DNA of 26,140 bases from an uncultured Eubacteriales bacterium (GCA_900321335.1 ONVR01000231.1:1-26140), one strand, 5' to 3'. Shown: positions 7,973-15,751, counted from the stretch's first letter. Numbers and translations are program-made. Notes: generated by a model from the letters alone, not told the origin.

Positions 7973-7985
7973 ATGGAGGGATAAC

Positions 7986-8192
7986 ATGACAAAAGCGTTT
8001 TTCAAAGCGGCCGGGATCCGCGCCCTGCGGACCGTCTGCCAGACGGCGGCGGCCACCATCGGCACGACGGCGCTGCTGCACCAGGTGGATTGGCTGGCAG
8101 TGGCGTCAGCGTCTGTGCTGGCGGGGATCCTGAGCCTGCTCAACAGCGTTGCGACCGGACTGCCGGAGGTGAAAAATGGCAACAGCAAGTGA
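7986..8192 (+). CDS. Phage-type holin (r1t-like family)
   Basis: 68 aa, two hydrophobic segments, signature AAGIRALRTVCQTAAATIG...VDWLAVASASVLAGILSLLNSVATGLPEV. Overlaps the lysin start. Confidence 0.85.
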   Translation: MTKAFFKAAGIRALRTVCQTAAATIGTTALLHQVDWLAVASASVLAGILSLLNSVATGLPEVKNGNSK

Positions 8193-8907
8193 GATCCTGT
8201 CTATCGCCCGTTCCCAGATCGGGTACACGGAGTACCCGCCGGACAGCAACAACACCAAGTACGGCGCGGCTTACGGGATGAACTACAATCCCTGGTGCAT
8301 GATGTTTGTCTGGTGGTGCTTCCGGCAGGCTGGGGCCTCCGGCCTGTTTTACGGCGGCGGCAAGACGGCCTCCTGTCCCACCTTTGAGCGGTGGGCAAAG
8401 GCCCAACGCGGCAGATGGATCACCCGGTCCTTTGCGCCGGGAGATGTGGTCCTTTACGATTTTGACGGCGACGGGGCCGACCACTGCGGTATCGTGGAGT
8501 CGGCAACTGCCGCCACCGTGACGGCCATTGAGGGCAACACCTCGGCCAACGGCTCCCAGGACAACGGGGGCGCCGTGCTGCGCAAGACCAGATCGCTGGA
8601 TCTTGTCGTCGGCGCGTACCGACCGGGATATCAGGCGGCGTCGGCGTCGCCGGGAACAGACAGCGAAAAGGGGGGAGTGTTTCGGGTGGCAACCCTGGAG
8701 ATGATCAGCAAGGGCTCTCAGGGCGCCCAGGTCCGGGCCATGCAGACCCTTCTGATCGGCTACGGCTACAGCTGCGGCGTCTGGGGCGCCGACGGAGACT
8801 GCGGCAGCGGCACCGTGGCGGCGATCAGGAAATACCAGAAAGCTCATGACCTGACGGCAGACGGCATCTGCGGTCCGCTGACCTGGGCGTCCCTCTTGGG
8901 GGCGTAA
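8176..8907 (+). CDS. Endolysin-like cell wall hydrolase: CHAP domain plus C-terminal peptidoglycan-binding domain
   Basis: CHAP catalytic motifs PWCMMFV and DHCGIVE...IEGNT. PG-binding motif KGSQGAQVRAMQTLL...DGDCGSGTVAAIRKYQ...ADGICGPLTW. No signal peptide. Confidence 0.9.
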   Translation: MATASEILSIARSQIGYTEYPPDSNNTKYGAAYGMNYNPWCMMFVWWCFRQAGASGLFYGGGKTASCPTFERWAKAQRGRWITRSFAPGDVVLYDFDGDGADHCGIVESATAATVTAIEGNTSANGSQDNGGAVLRKTRSLDLVVGAYRPGYQAASASPGTDSEKGGVFRVATLEMISKGSQGAQVRAMQTLLIGYGYSCGVWGADGDCGSGTVAAIRKYQKAHDLTADGICGPLTWASLLGA

Positions 8908-8913
8908 AGAGCA

Positions 8914-8943
8914 TTGCGCCCGGAGAGGATTCTCCGGGCGCAA
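8914..8943 (+). terminator. Hairpin after the endolysin gene
   Basis: TTGCGCCCGGAGA-GGAT-TCTCCGGGCGCAA, a perfect 13-bp stem with no clean U-tract on the plus strand. Confidence 0.6.
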
Positions 8944-8983
8944 AACAATTTGAAAAAAAGTTAAAATATTTCAAAATTAACTA

Positions 8984-9012
8984 TTGCATTTTGAAAAATA
9001 GTGTGCTATTAT
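8984..9012 (+). promoter_or_regulatory. tRNA operon promoter
   Basis: TTGCAT-17 nt-TATTAT with TG extended -10 and an AT-rich upstream tract. Confidence 0.65.
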
Positions 9013-9037
9013 AATCAGGCTTTGAGGCAAAGCCTAT

Positions 9038-9113
9038 CCGGGTGTAGCGCAGATGGTAGCGCGCTTGAATGGGGTTCAAGAGGCCGCTGGTTCAAATCCA
9101 GTCACTCGGACCA
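9038..9113 (+). tRNA. tRNA-Pro (anticodon GGG)
   Basis: Cloverleaf with acceptor CCGGGTG/CACTCGG, anticodon arm CTTGA-ATGGGGT-TCAAG, T-loop TTCAAAT, A73 and encoded CCA. Confidence 0.95.
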
Positions 9114-9162
9114 AAGTTCGCCGCGGACCCAATCGTTCGCGGCGGCTTTGAAAAATCAATAT

Positions 9163-9237
<75 letters not shown>

Positions 9238-9238
<1 letters not shown>

Positions 9239-9279
9239 AAGGAAAAATCCTGTCACTTTTGTGACGGGATTTTTCCTTT
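9238..9279 (+). terminator. Terminator after the tRNA pair
   Basis: AAAGGAAAAATCCTGTCAC-TTTT-GTGACGGGATTTTTCCTTT. Confidence 0.8.
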
Positions 9280-9351
9280 AGCTTCTTCCTTCTTCAGCAT
9301 CCCGTGACAGGTATCTCGAAATGCATACTGCATCTTCCCTGCGGGAATTTG

Positions 9352-9380
9352 TTGCGATTCCGGGCCGGATCCGGTATACT
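9352..9380 (+). promoter_or_regulatory. Candidate sigma-A promoter of sfsA-cupin
   Basis: TTGCGA-17 nt-TATACT. Confidence 0.55.
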
Positions 9381-9419
9381 GTAAAAAGAGGGCAGAAATC
9401 GCTGAAACCGAGGAGAACT

Positions 9420-10154
9420 ATGTTTACTTTTTGTCAGAGACTGGTTGAGGGAATAATAGAGAAGAGAAAGAGTCAGTTTACTATGCTTGTTACCGCAGAG
9501 GGACAGACGGGGGTGCCCTGTCACTGTCCCACTACGGGGCGTATCGGAAACATCGACGTGAGCGGCAGGCCGTGCCTGCTGTCAAGAAGCGCCGATCCCA
9601 ACCGCAAAACGGCATTTACGGTTGAGGCCATTTCCCTGGACAGGCCCGAAGATGAGCGGAAAACCTGGATCGGAATCAATCAGAACGCGGCGAACCGCTA
9701 CGTAGAATACTTTCTGAAAAACGGGGACTTTGCCGATATGGTGGGCCAGGTGAGTGAGGTCCGCCGGGAGGTTTTTCTGGGAAAGTCCAAGCTGGATTTT
9801 CTGGTCGGAAACACCTATCTTGAGGTCAAAACACCTCTTCAGCATTTGCAGGTGGAGGTTCCTGCCTGGGTCAGAACAAAAAAAGTCACACCGTTTTCCG
9901 CGACGGGACGCATGACAAAGCATTTTGAAGAGCTTGGGGGCAGCCTGCGGGAGCATGAACGGGCAATCATGCTGGTGTGTTTTCTCTATGACAATCCCGG
10001 ATTCAGGATCGTAGAGCGCAGTACAAACTACGAACAGGTCCGGGAACTGGTTGACCGCAATGTGACAAAGGGCGTAGAGACCTGGCAGGCCAACTTTGAG
10101 ATAACACCTGCGGGGGTTGCACTGAAAAAATACTTTCCGATCCATATTGCGTGA
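9420..10154 (+). CDS. sfsA: SfsA-family DNA/RNA nuclease (sugar fermentation stimulation protein A)
   Basis: N-terminal OB-like segment (HCPTTGRI, LLSRSADPNRKTAFT) and PD-(D/E)XK-like KLDFL...YLEVK. RBS GAGGAG before ATG 9420. Confidence 0.8.
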   Translation: MFTFCQRLVEGIIEKRKSQFTMLVTAEGQTGVPCHCPTTGRIGNIDVSGRPCLLSRSADPNRKTAFTVEAISLDRPEDERKTWIGINQNAANRYVEYFLKNGDFADMVGQVSEVRREVFLGKSKLDFLVGNTYLEVKTPLQHLQVEVPAWVRTKKVTPFSATGRMTKHFEELGGSLREHERAIMLVCFLYDNPGFRIVERSTNYEQVRELVDRNVTKGVETWQANFEITPAGVALKKYFPIHIA

Positions 10155-10164
10155 GGGCTGTGAG

Positions 10165-10500
10165 ATGATCATCGATTTCAAGGAAATAAACGAAGTGACG
10201 ATTCCCGGGATGAACGACGGTACGGGAACCATGGCGGTGCGGATGTACCATGACGAACGCTATCGCATCGTGTTTACGACCCTTCATCCCGGCGGCAGCA
10301 TTGGCCTGCACACGCAGACCAATGGGGATGACATGAATTACGTCATTTCCGGAAGCGGAAAAGCGTTCTGCGACGGCAAAGAGGAAATCCTACGGGCGGG
10401 GGTGATGCACATCTGTCCCAAGGGCTCGGCGCACAGCATCGTCAACACGGGCGAAGAAGATCTCGTTCTGCTGACGGTGGTTGCGGCGCGTGACGATTAG
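10165..10500 (+). CDS. Cupin domain protein
   Basis: Cupin motifs LHPGGSIGLHTQ...YVISGSG and HICPKGSAHSIVN. Confidence 0.85.
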   Translation: MIIDFKEINEVTIPGMNDGTGTMAVRMYHDERYRIVFTTLHPGGSIGLHTQTNGDDMNYVISGSGKAFCDGKEEILRAGVMHICPKGSAHSIVNTGEEDLVLLTVVAARDD

Positions 10501-10567
10501 AACCTCGGCAGATCCGATACATTGCTGCTTTGTGCCGCGCTTTTCAAAAGAAGTGAAGATGTCGCTG

Positions 10568-10596
10568 AAAACCTGCCGCAGCTGCGGCAGGTTTTT
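10568..10596 (+). terminator. Terminator after sfsA-cupin (perfect 28-bp palindrome)
   Basis: AAAACCTGCCGCAG|CTGCGGCAGGTTTT, ending in a T5 run. Confidence 0.65.
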
Positions 10597-10717
10597 CGTT
10601 CTGCGCATCCGCCTTCAGGATCCGTGACCCGCCGCAGGGCCATTCCGGGGAAGGAAAATCGTTCCAGACACCGATTCGACACCTTGCAGCAAAAAATATG
10701 AAAAATCAGGAATACTA

Positions 10718-10746
10718 TGGACTTTGGAAAAAAACTGTGTTAGTAT
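10718..10746 (+). promoter_or_regulatory. Candidate promoter of the YARHG protein gene
   Basis: TGGACT-17 nt-TAGTAT with TG extended -10. Confidence 0.4.
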
Positions 10747-10797
10747 ATTTTATGTTAACTGAAAAAACAAACTTCTTGGAAACGGAGAGATGAGAAG

Positions 10798-12147
10798 ATG
10801 AAGTGTCCGTACTGCGGTAAAGAAGTATCTGATAAAGCCTCGTCCTGCGAGTTTTGCGGCAAGTCCTTTGACGTAAATTCCCTCGTGTCCGATCTGCTCA
10901 ACGGCAGCGGCAAGAGCGACGCCGTCAACCTCTCGCCGGAGGTCACGGCGGGCGCCGCCGTGGCAGCGCAGGAGATCAAAAAGGAGGCGGGGAAGGCCAA
11001 GGCGGAGAAGGCCGTCAAGGAGCCGAAAAAGCCTGCCAAACGGGAAAAGGATTTCCAGGTCAATCAGGGGGCGGTAAAGCCCGCCGATCAGGATAAAAAA
11101 TCCAAGGCCCCGGCGATCATCGCCGCCATTTGCCTGATTCTGGCGGCCGCGGCTGTTGTGGTTTTCGTCCTGCCGAAGCTGAAGGGTGATGCCAACCGGA
11201 ACAAAACCCCTGAAACCGAGAGCCAGGATACCCAGCAGGTGGAGACGGTAACGCCGTCCACCGAGCCGGAAGACACCCAGACCACACCCACAGAGCCCGC
11301 TGAGCCCACCCAGACCCAGCAGCAGACCACCCCGGAAGAAACCCAGCCCGCCGAGCCAGCCGGTCAGGATTCGGAAACCAAACCGGCGGATACCCAGCAG
11401 GAAACGAAACCGGAACAGACCCAGGAACCGCAGACGTCACAGGACAACACAAACACGGCCACGGAGCAGGCGCCCACGACGGAGTCCACGGACACGTCCC
11501 AGACCCAGTCTACGGACCCGGATTCCTCCATGCTGTTTATGCTGCCCTTCAGCAACCGCTATTACTACAGCTACAGCGATATGACGGGCTTCAACGAATA
11601 TCAGCTCAACGTGGCGGAAAATGAGATCTACGCCCGTCACGGCATGATCTTCTCTGATCAGAGCCTGATCAATTACTTCTCCGCCTGCCCCTGGTATTCC
11701 GGGACTGTCTCCGCCGGGAGCTTTGACTACTCCGTGCTCAACGATTACGAGCGGTCCAATCTGGCCCTCATCGAGCAGCGGCAGATCGACCTGGGCTATA
11801 AGGCCGGGACCCCCAGTTCCTCCGGCAGCTCTGACAGCTCCTCCGACAGCAGCGCCACGGAGAGCCCGGATTCCTCCATGCTCTTCATGCTGCCCTACAG
11901 CAACTCCTATTACTACAAGTACGATGATCTGCTCGGCTTTAACGAGTACCAGCTCATGATCGCCCGCAACGAGATCTACGCCCGCCACGGCTGGATCTTC
12001 AGCGACGAGACGCTGCGCAAGTACTTCGAGTCCATGCCCTGGTACACGGGCACCACTCCGGGAGCGTCCTTTGACTACTCCGTTATGAATGACTATGAGA
12101 TCGCCAACGTGAAGCTCATCGTCCAGCGGGAAAATGATATCGGATAA
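10798..12147 (+). CDS. Zinc-ribbon, single-TM, T/Q/E/P-rich linker and double YARHG domain protein
   Basis: N-terminal CPYC...CEFC, one TM (IIAAICLILAAAAVVVFVL), low-complexity stalk, two NEIYARHG motifs. Confidence 0.88.
   Translation: MKCPYCGKEVSDKASSCEFCGKSFDVNSLVSDLLNGSGKSDAVNLSPEVTAGAAVAAQEIKKEAGKAKAEKAVKEPKKPAKREKDFQVNQGAVKPADQDKKSKAPAIIAAICLILAAAAVVVFVLPKLKGDANRNKTPETESQDTQQVETVTPSTEPEDTQTTPTEPAEPTQTQQQTTPEETQPAEPAGQDSETKPADTQQETKPEQTQEPQTSQDNTNTATEQAPTTESTDTSQTQSTDPDSSMLFMLPFSNRYYYSYSDMTGFNEYQLNVAENEIYARHGMIFSDQSLINYFSACPWYSGTVSAGSFDYSVLNDYERSNLALIEQRQIDLGYKAGTPSSSGSSDSSSDSSATESPDSSMLFMLPYSNSYYYKYDDLLGFNEYQLMIARNEIYARHGWIFSDETLRKYFESMPWYTGTTPGASFDYSVMNDYEIANVKLIVQRENDIG
11517..12138 (+). 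repeat. Internal tandem duplication of the YARHG domain
   Basis: CCGGATTCCTCCATGCT at 11518 and 11866. Two copies of PDSSMLFMLP(F/Y)SN...FNEYQL...NEIYARHG...PWY...SFDYSV(L/M)NDYE. Confidence 0.85.
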
Positions 12148-12155
12148 AGAGAATC

Positions 12156-12188
12156 AAAACACAGCGCCTGAAAAGGCGCTGTGTTTTT
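12156..12188 (+). terminator. Intrinsic terminator
   Basis: AAAACACAGCGCCT-GAAA-AGGCGCTGTGTTTTT. Confidence 0.85.
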
Positions 12189-12238
12189 GTATAAACAGCG
12201 AAAATTCCGGGTATCGTTCTCTTAAAGGAGGTATTCAG

Positions 12239-12406
12239 ATGAAAAAACGAAAAGCGGGCAGACTGACCGGCGCCCTGGCTGCCGGGATGCGGCACGTGAG
12301 CCCGGCTCTGAGTGTGCGGATCGACAGCAATGGTCAGATTGTAGAGGCATGGGACGGAGAACCGGAACCGCCTCAAAGGGGTGTACAGCAGACGCCCGGC
12401 GGGTAA
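12239..12406 (+). CDS. Small hypothetical protein (55 aa)
   Basis: Perfect RBS AAAGGAGGT 6 nt before ATG 12239. Fills the gap between two terminators. Confidence 0.5.
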   Translation: MKKRKAGRLTGALAAGMRHVSPALSVRIDSNGQIVEAWDGEPEPPQRGVQQTPGG

Positions 12407-12441
12407 AAAAGACCCCTGTGCAGTTTCTCTGCACAGGGGTC
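12405..12441 (-). terminator. Terminator of the minus-strand permease gene
   Basis: GACCCCTGTGCAG-loop-CTGCACAGGGGTC, followed by T6 on the minus strand. Confidence 0.8.
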
Positions 12442-12459
12442 GGCCTGTTTTCCACAGAT

Positions 12460-13530
12460 TCAGCTGAGCTTCAGATCCCCTTCCCGGATCCAGCCGATCC
12501 GGCGCAGGATCAGCCCGAACAGCCAGGACAGAACGCCCGGCAGGATAAAGCAGATCAGGATCAGACCCAGCCAGTCGACGCCTGTGGGGGAGATGGGGGC
12601 CGCGCCCATGCTCAGCGCCTGTTCCGAGGGGCTGAACCAGCCGGTGATCACACCGATCTGGCCCACCAGACCGCAGGTGCCCATGCCGGAGGAGACAGGA
12701 GCGCCGTTCATCTGCATTTTGAACACACAGGTGGCGATGGGCCCCGTGATGGCGGAGGCCAGGATGGGCGGGATCCAGATGCGGGGATTCTTTACGATGT
12801 TGCCCATCTGGAGCATGGAGGTACCGATTCCCTGTGACACCAGACCGCCCCAGCGGTTTTCCCGGAAAGAAAGGATGGCAAAGCCAACCATCTGGGCGCA
12901 GCAGCCGGCAACGGCGGCGCCCCCGGCAAGTCCCGTCAGCCCGAAGGCCGCGCAGATCGCCGCCGAGGAGATGGGGAGCGTAAGGGCGACGCCCACCAGC
13001 ACGGAGACAAGAATGCCCATGAGGAAGGGACGCAGGTTGGTTGCCCACATGATCAGATTGCCCACATAACTGGCGGCTCTGCCGATGGGCGGCGCGATGA
13101 GAATGGACAGGCTCACGCCCACCAGAATGGTCACCAGCGGCGTTACGAGAATGTCCACACGGGTCTCCTTGGAAACGGCCTTGCCGAACTCACAGGCTAT
13201 GATGGCCACAACCAGAACGGCCAGAGGACCGCCTGCGCCGCCCTCGGCGTTGGCGGACCAACCCACCACGGACAGGGAGAACAGCACCAGGGGATCGGCC
13301 TTCAGGGCGTAGCCGATGGCAATAGCCATGGCCGGTCCGGCCATCTCCGAGGCGTACTGGCCGACACGGACGAGAAAATCGATCCCGGCCTGCTGGCCGA
13401 TGGTTTTGATGATGGTGCCGATGAGCAGGGAGCAGAAAAGTCCCTGCGCCATGGCCCCCAGGGCGTCCACGCCGTAGCGCCTGCCGGAGATCACGATGTT
13501 TTTCCGTTTGAGAAATTCTTTGAACTTCAT
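12460..13530 (-). CDS. Stand-alone PTS EIIC-like permease (PfoR / PTS_EIIC_2 family), candidate niacin transporter
   Basis: Polytopic membrane protein with family-typical DALGAMAQGLFCSLLIG, TLPISSAAI, GGLVSQGIGTSMLQ, SGMGTCGLVG. No EIIA/EIIB gene in the window. Start 13530 follows GGGTGA. Confidence 0.75.
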   Translation of the reverse strand: MKFKEFLKRKNIVISGRRYGVDALGAMAQGLFCSLLIGTIIKTIGQQAGIDFLVRVGQYASEMAGPAMAIAIGYALKADPLVLFSLSVVGWSANAEGGAGGPLAVLVVAIIACEFGKAVSKETRVDILVTPLVTILVGVSLSILIAPPIGRAASYVGNLIMWATNLRPFLMGILVSVLVGVALTLPISSAAICAAFGLTGLAGGAAVAGCCAQMVGFAILSFRENRWGGLVSQGIGTSMLQMGNIVKNPRIWIPPILASAITGPIATCVFKMQMNGAPVSSGMGTCGLVGQIGVITGWFSPSEQALSMGAAPISPTGVDWLGLILICFILPGVLSWLFGLILRRIGWIREGDLKLS

Positions 13531-13568
13531 ACACATCACCCGTTTCATAAAATGAGTGCATAGGCTTG

Positions 13569-13588
13569 ACAGGTGTCAAGACAGCTAT
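13569..13588. promoter_or_regulatory. NiaR (YrxA/NadR)-type operator
   Basis: ACAGGTGTC-AA-GACAGCTAT is an imperfect palindrome (7 of 9 pairs). It resembles the Firmicute NiaR box as recalled, overlaps the predicted start site of the permease promoter, and lies next to niaR. Confidence 0.7.
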
Positions 13589-13594
13589 GCACTC

Positions 13595-13622
13595 ATTATA
13601 CTGCTTCTCAATCGAATGTCAA
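13595..13622 (-). promoter_or_regulatory. Consensus sigma-A promoter of the permease gene
   Basis: Minus strand TTGACA (13622-13617), 16 nt, TATAAT (13600-13595). Confidence 0.75.
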
Positions 13623-13631
13623 GGAAAACCG

Positions 13632-14162
13632 TCAGTCGTTTTTGGTGTAGAGAAAACCGGCCTGTTCCAGCTGGCGCAGGACCCGGTCGTAGGAGGCCAG
13701 ATCGGGACAGCTCAACGTGTGAATATGGATTCCGCCGGTGAGACTGGACAGGGGAGGGGCCTGCTTGCCTGCCACGTCACAGACGAATTTTTCCACATCG
13801 GAGCGGGTGGACAGGAGCAGCCGACCGGAGAGCTGACCGTAAATGGGGTGATCCACCACCACGTCCAGCACCTGACAGCCGTTGTCCACCATGATGTTCA
13901 GCTCTTTTTCCATGTCCTCGCCCCGGTGCAGGCAAACCACGGTTTTGATCAGACCCGCGGAGGGGCGCTCCATCAGATACCCCCGGGGTGTGGAGAGAAT
14001 GTTCTCGCCCCCTGCCCGGAGCAGAGAGATGTCGCCCACGATGATCTGGCGGCTGACAGACAGCTTCTCCGCCAGCACCGCGGCGCTGACGGGCCCGCTG
14101 GCGGCGGACAGAAGCTTCAGGATCTCACCGCGGCGCTTTTCGCCGCTGATTCCGGCTTTCAT
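13632..14162 (-). CDS. niaR: Niacin-responsive transcription repressor NiaR/NadR (HTH plus 3H domain)
   Basis: HTH RRGEILKLL...LAEKLSVSRQIIVGDISLLR. 3H-domain histidines in VVCLH, VDHPIYG, GIHIH. Coupled to the pncB stop (TGATG overlap). Confidence 0.9.
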   Translation of the reverse strand: MKAGISGEKRRGEILKLLSAASGPVSAAVLAEKLSVSRQIIVGDISLLRAGGENILSTPRGYLMERPSAGLIKTVVCLHRGEDMEKELNIMVDNGCQVLDVVVDHPIYGQLSGRLLLSTRSDVEKFVCDVAGKQAPPLSSLTGGIHIHTLSCPDLASYDRVLRQLEQAGFLYTKND

Positions 14163-15610
14163 CAGCGCGTCTCGCGGGTAAGCAGCTCCTGCTTGATATC
14201 CCAGAGCTTCTGGCTCAGATCCACGTAGTAGGTCTGGGGATTCTCAAAGCGCTTGATCTCGTCCCACAGGGTGTCCACCTGCTGGGTGCAGTAGGCCTGG
14301 ATCTCCGGCAGAGCGGGCTTGTCATAGACCAGCTTGCCATCCTTGAAGATGGGCACCAGCAGTTCTTTGGCGGTGTAGTTGTACACGGTCTTCCGCTTCC
14401 AGGTGGCCTCGGGGTCGAAGATGGTGATGTCCTGGGAGTCGTCCACCGTCTCGTCCCGGAGACAGATGTAATCGGCCAGGGCTTTGCCCGTGTCGTTGGC
14501 AAAGAAGCGATAGACCTTTTTGAAGTGGGGGTTGGTGATCTTGGAGACGTTTTCGCTGATCTTGATTTTGGGGACCACGTTGCCGTCCTTATCCTCCACG
14601 GCGGCCAGCTTGTACACGCCGCCGAAGACGGGCTCGGACTTGGCGGTGATCATGCGCTCACCCACGCCGAAGGTGTCGATGCAGGCGCCCTGGCTGAGCA
14701 GGTCGCTGATGATGTACTCGTCCAGGGAGTTGCTCACGGTGATCTTGCAGTCCGTCCAGCCGGCGGCGTCGAGCATCTTCCGGGCCTCTCTTGTCAGATA
14801 GGTCAGGTCGCCGGAGTCCAGCCGGATCCCGCACTTGGTGATGCCCATGGGCTTGAGCACGTCGTTAAAGGCACGGATGGCGTCGGGAATGCCGCTTTTC
14901 AGGGTGTTGTAGGTGTCCACCAGCAAAGTGGCGTTGGTGGGATAGATCTGGCAGTAGGTCTTAAAGGCCTCATACTGGCTGTCAAACATCTGGACCCAGG
15001 CATGAGCCATGGTGCCACCGGCCACAACGCCGTACTGCTGATCCGTCAGGGTGCAGGCGGTACCGGCACAGCCGCCGATATAGGCCGCTCTGGCGCCGAG
15101 CACGGCGCCATCCACGCCCTGGGCGCGGCGGGAGCCGAATTCCAGAACGGTCCGGCCTTTGGCGGCCCGGACCACCCGGTTGGCCTTGGTGGCGATCAGG
15201 CTCTGATGATTCAGGGACAGCAGCACGAAGGTCTCGATCAGCTGCGCCTGGATAGCGGGGGCCCGGACCGTCATGATGGGTTCCTTGGGGAAGATAGGCG
15301 TGCCCTCGGGCACGGCGTAGATGTCGCCGGTGAAGCGAAAATCCCGGAGATAAGCGAGGAATTCCTCGTCAAAAATGCCCCGGCCCCGGAGGTAGGCGAT
15401 ATCCTCGTCGCTGAAATGGAGGTTTTCGATGTAGTCGATCACCTGCTCCAGACCGGCGGCGATGGCAAAGCCGCCCTTATCCGGTACGTTCCGGAAAAAC
15501 ACGTCGAAGATGGTGATCCGGTCTTTATACTCGCTCTGGAAATACCCGTTGCCCATGGTCAGCTCGTAAAAGTCACAGAGCATGGTGTAGTTGCGTTCTG
15601 CGTTGGTCAT
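14162..15610 (-). CDS. pncB: Nicotinate phosphoribosyltransferase
   Basis: MLCDFYELTM, EFGSRRAQG, GTMAHAWVQ, LLVDTYNTL, GIRLDSGDL, FGGVYKL. Real start ATG 15610 follows AAGAAGG; the longer ORF-track extension is spurious. Confidence 0.93.
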   Translation of the reverse strand: MTNAERNYTMLCDFYELTMGNGYFQSEYKDRITIFDVFFRNVPDKGGFAIAAGLEQVIDYIENLHFSDEDIAYLRGRGIFDEEFLAYLRDFRFTGDIYAVPEGTPIFPKEPIMTVRAPAIQAQLIETFVLLSLNHQSLIATKANRVVRAAKGRTVLEFGSRRAQGVDGAVLGARAAYIGGCAGTACTLTDQQYGVVAGGTMAHAWVQMFDSQYEAFKTYCQIYPTNATLLVDTYNTLKSGIPDAIRAFNDVLKPMGITKCGIRLDSGDLTYLTREARKMLDAAGWTDCKITVSNSLDEYIISDLLSQGACIDTFGVGERMITAKSEPVFGGVYKLAAVEDKDGNVVPKIKISENVSKITNPHFKKVYRFFANDTGKALADYICLRDETVDDSQDITIFDPEATWKRKTVYNYTAKELLVPIFKDGKLVYDKPALPEIQAYCTQQVDTLWDEIKRFENPQTYYVDLSQKLWDIKQELLTRETR

Positions 15611-15668
15611 GGTGACATACCTTCTTTGCGTAAAAGATCGCTGCTGACAGCGTGAAAGATTAATCATC

Positions 15669-15697
15669 ATTATACCAAAGCACGGGAGAATAATCAA
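15669..15697 (-). promoter_or_regulatory. Promoter of pncB-niaR
   Basis: Minus strand TTGATT-17 nt-TATAAT with TG extended -10. Confidence 0.6.
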
Positions 15698-15722
15698 TCC
15701 AAATATTTTTTGGAGATTGCCA

Positions 15723-15751
15723 TTGTGCTCAGCGCGGTAAAGTGGTAAAAT
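15723..15751 (+). promoter_or_regulatory. Candidate promoter of glyA
   Basis: TTGTGC-17 nt-TAAAAT with TG extended -10. Confidence 0.5.

Noticed and set aside
7851-7985. Known riboswitch (c-di-AMP, c-di-GMP, lysine, T-box) upstream of the holin
   Set aside because: The conserved cores I recall for these classes are not present. Kept only as an unassigned structured leader.
10497-10682. 61-aa minus-strand ORF between the cupin and YARHG genes
   Set aside because: No clear RBS or motif, and it runs through a terminator palindrome.
15620-15668. Second NiaR box before pncB (TGACAGCGTGAAAGA)
   Set aside because: Only a partial half-site resemblance and not palindromic.
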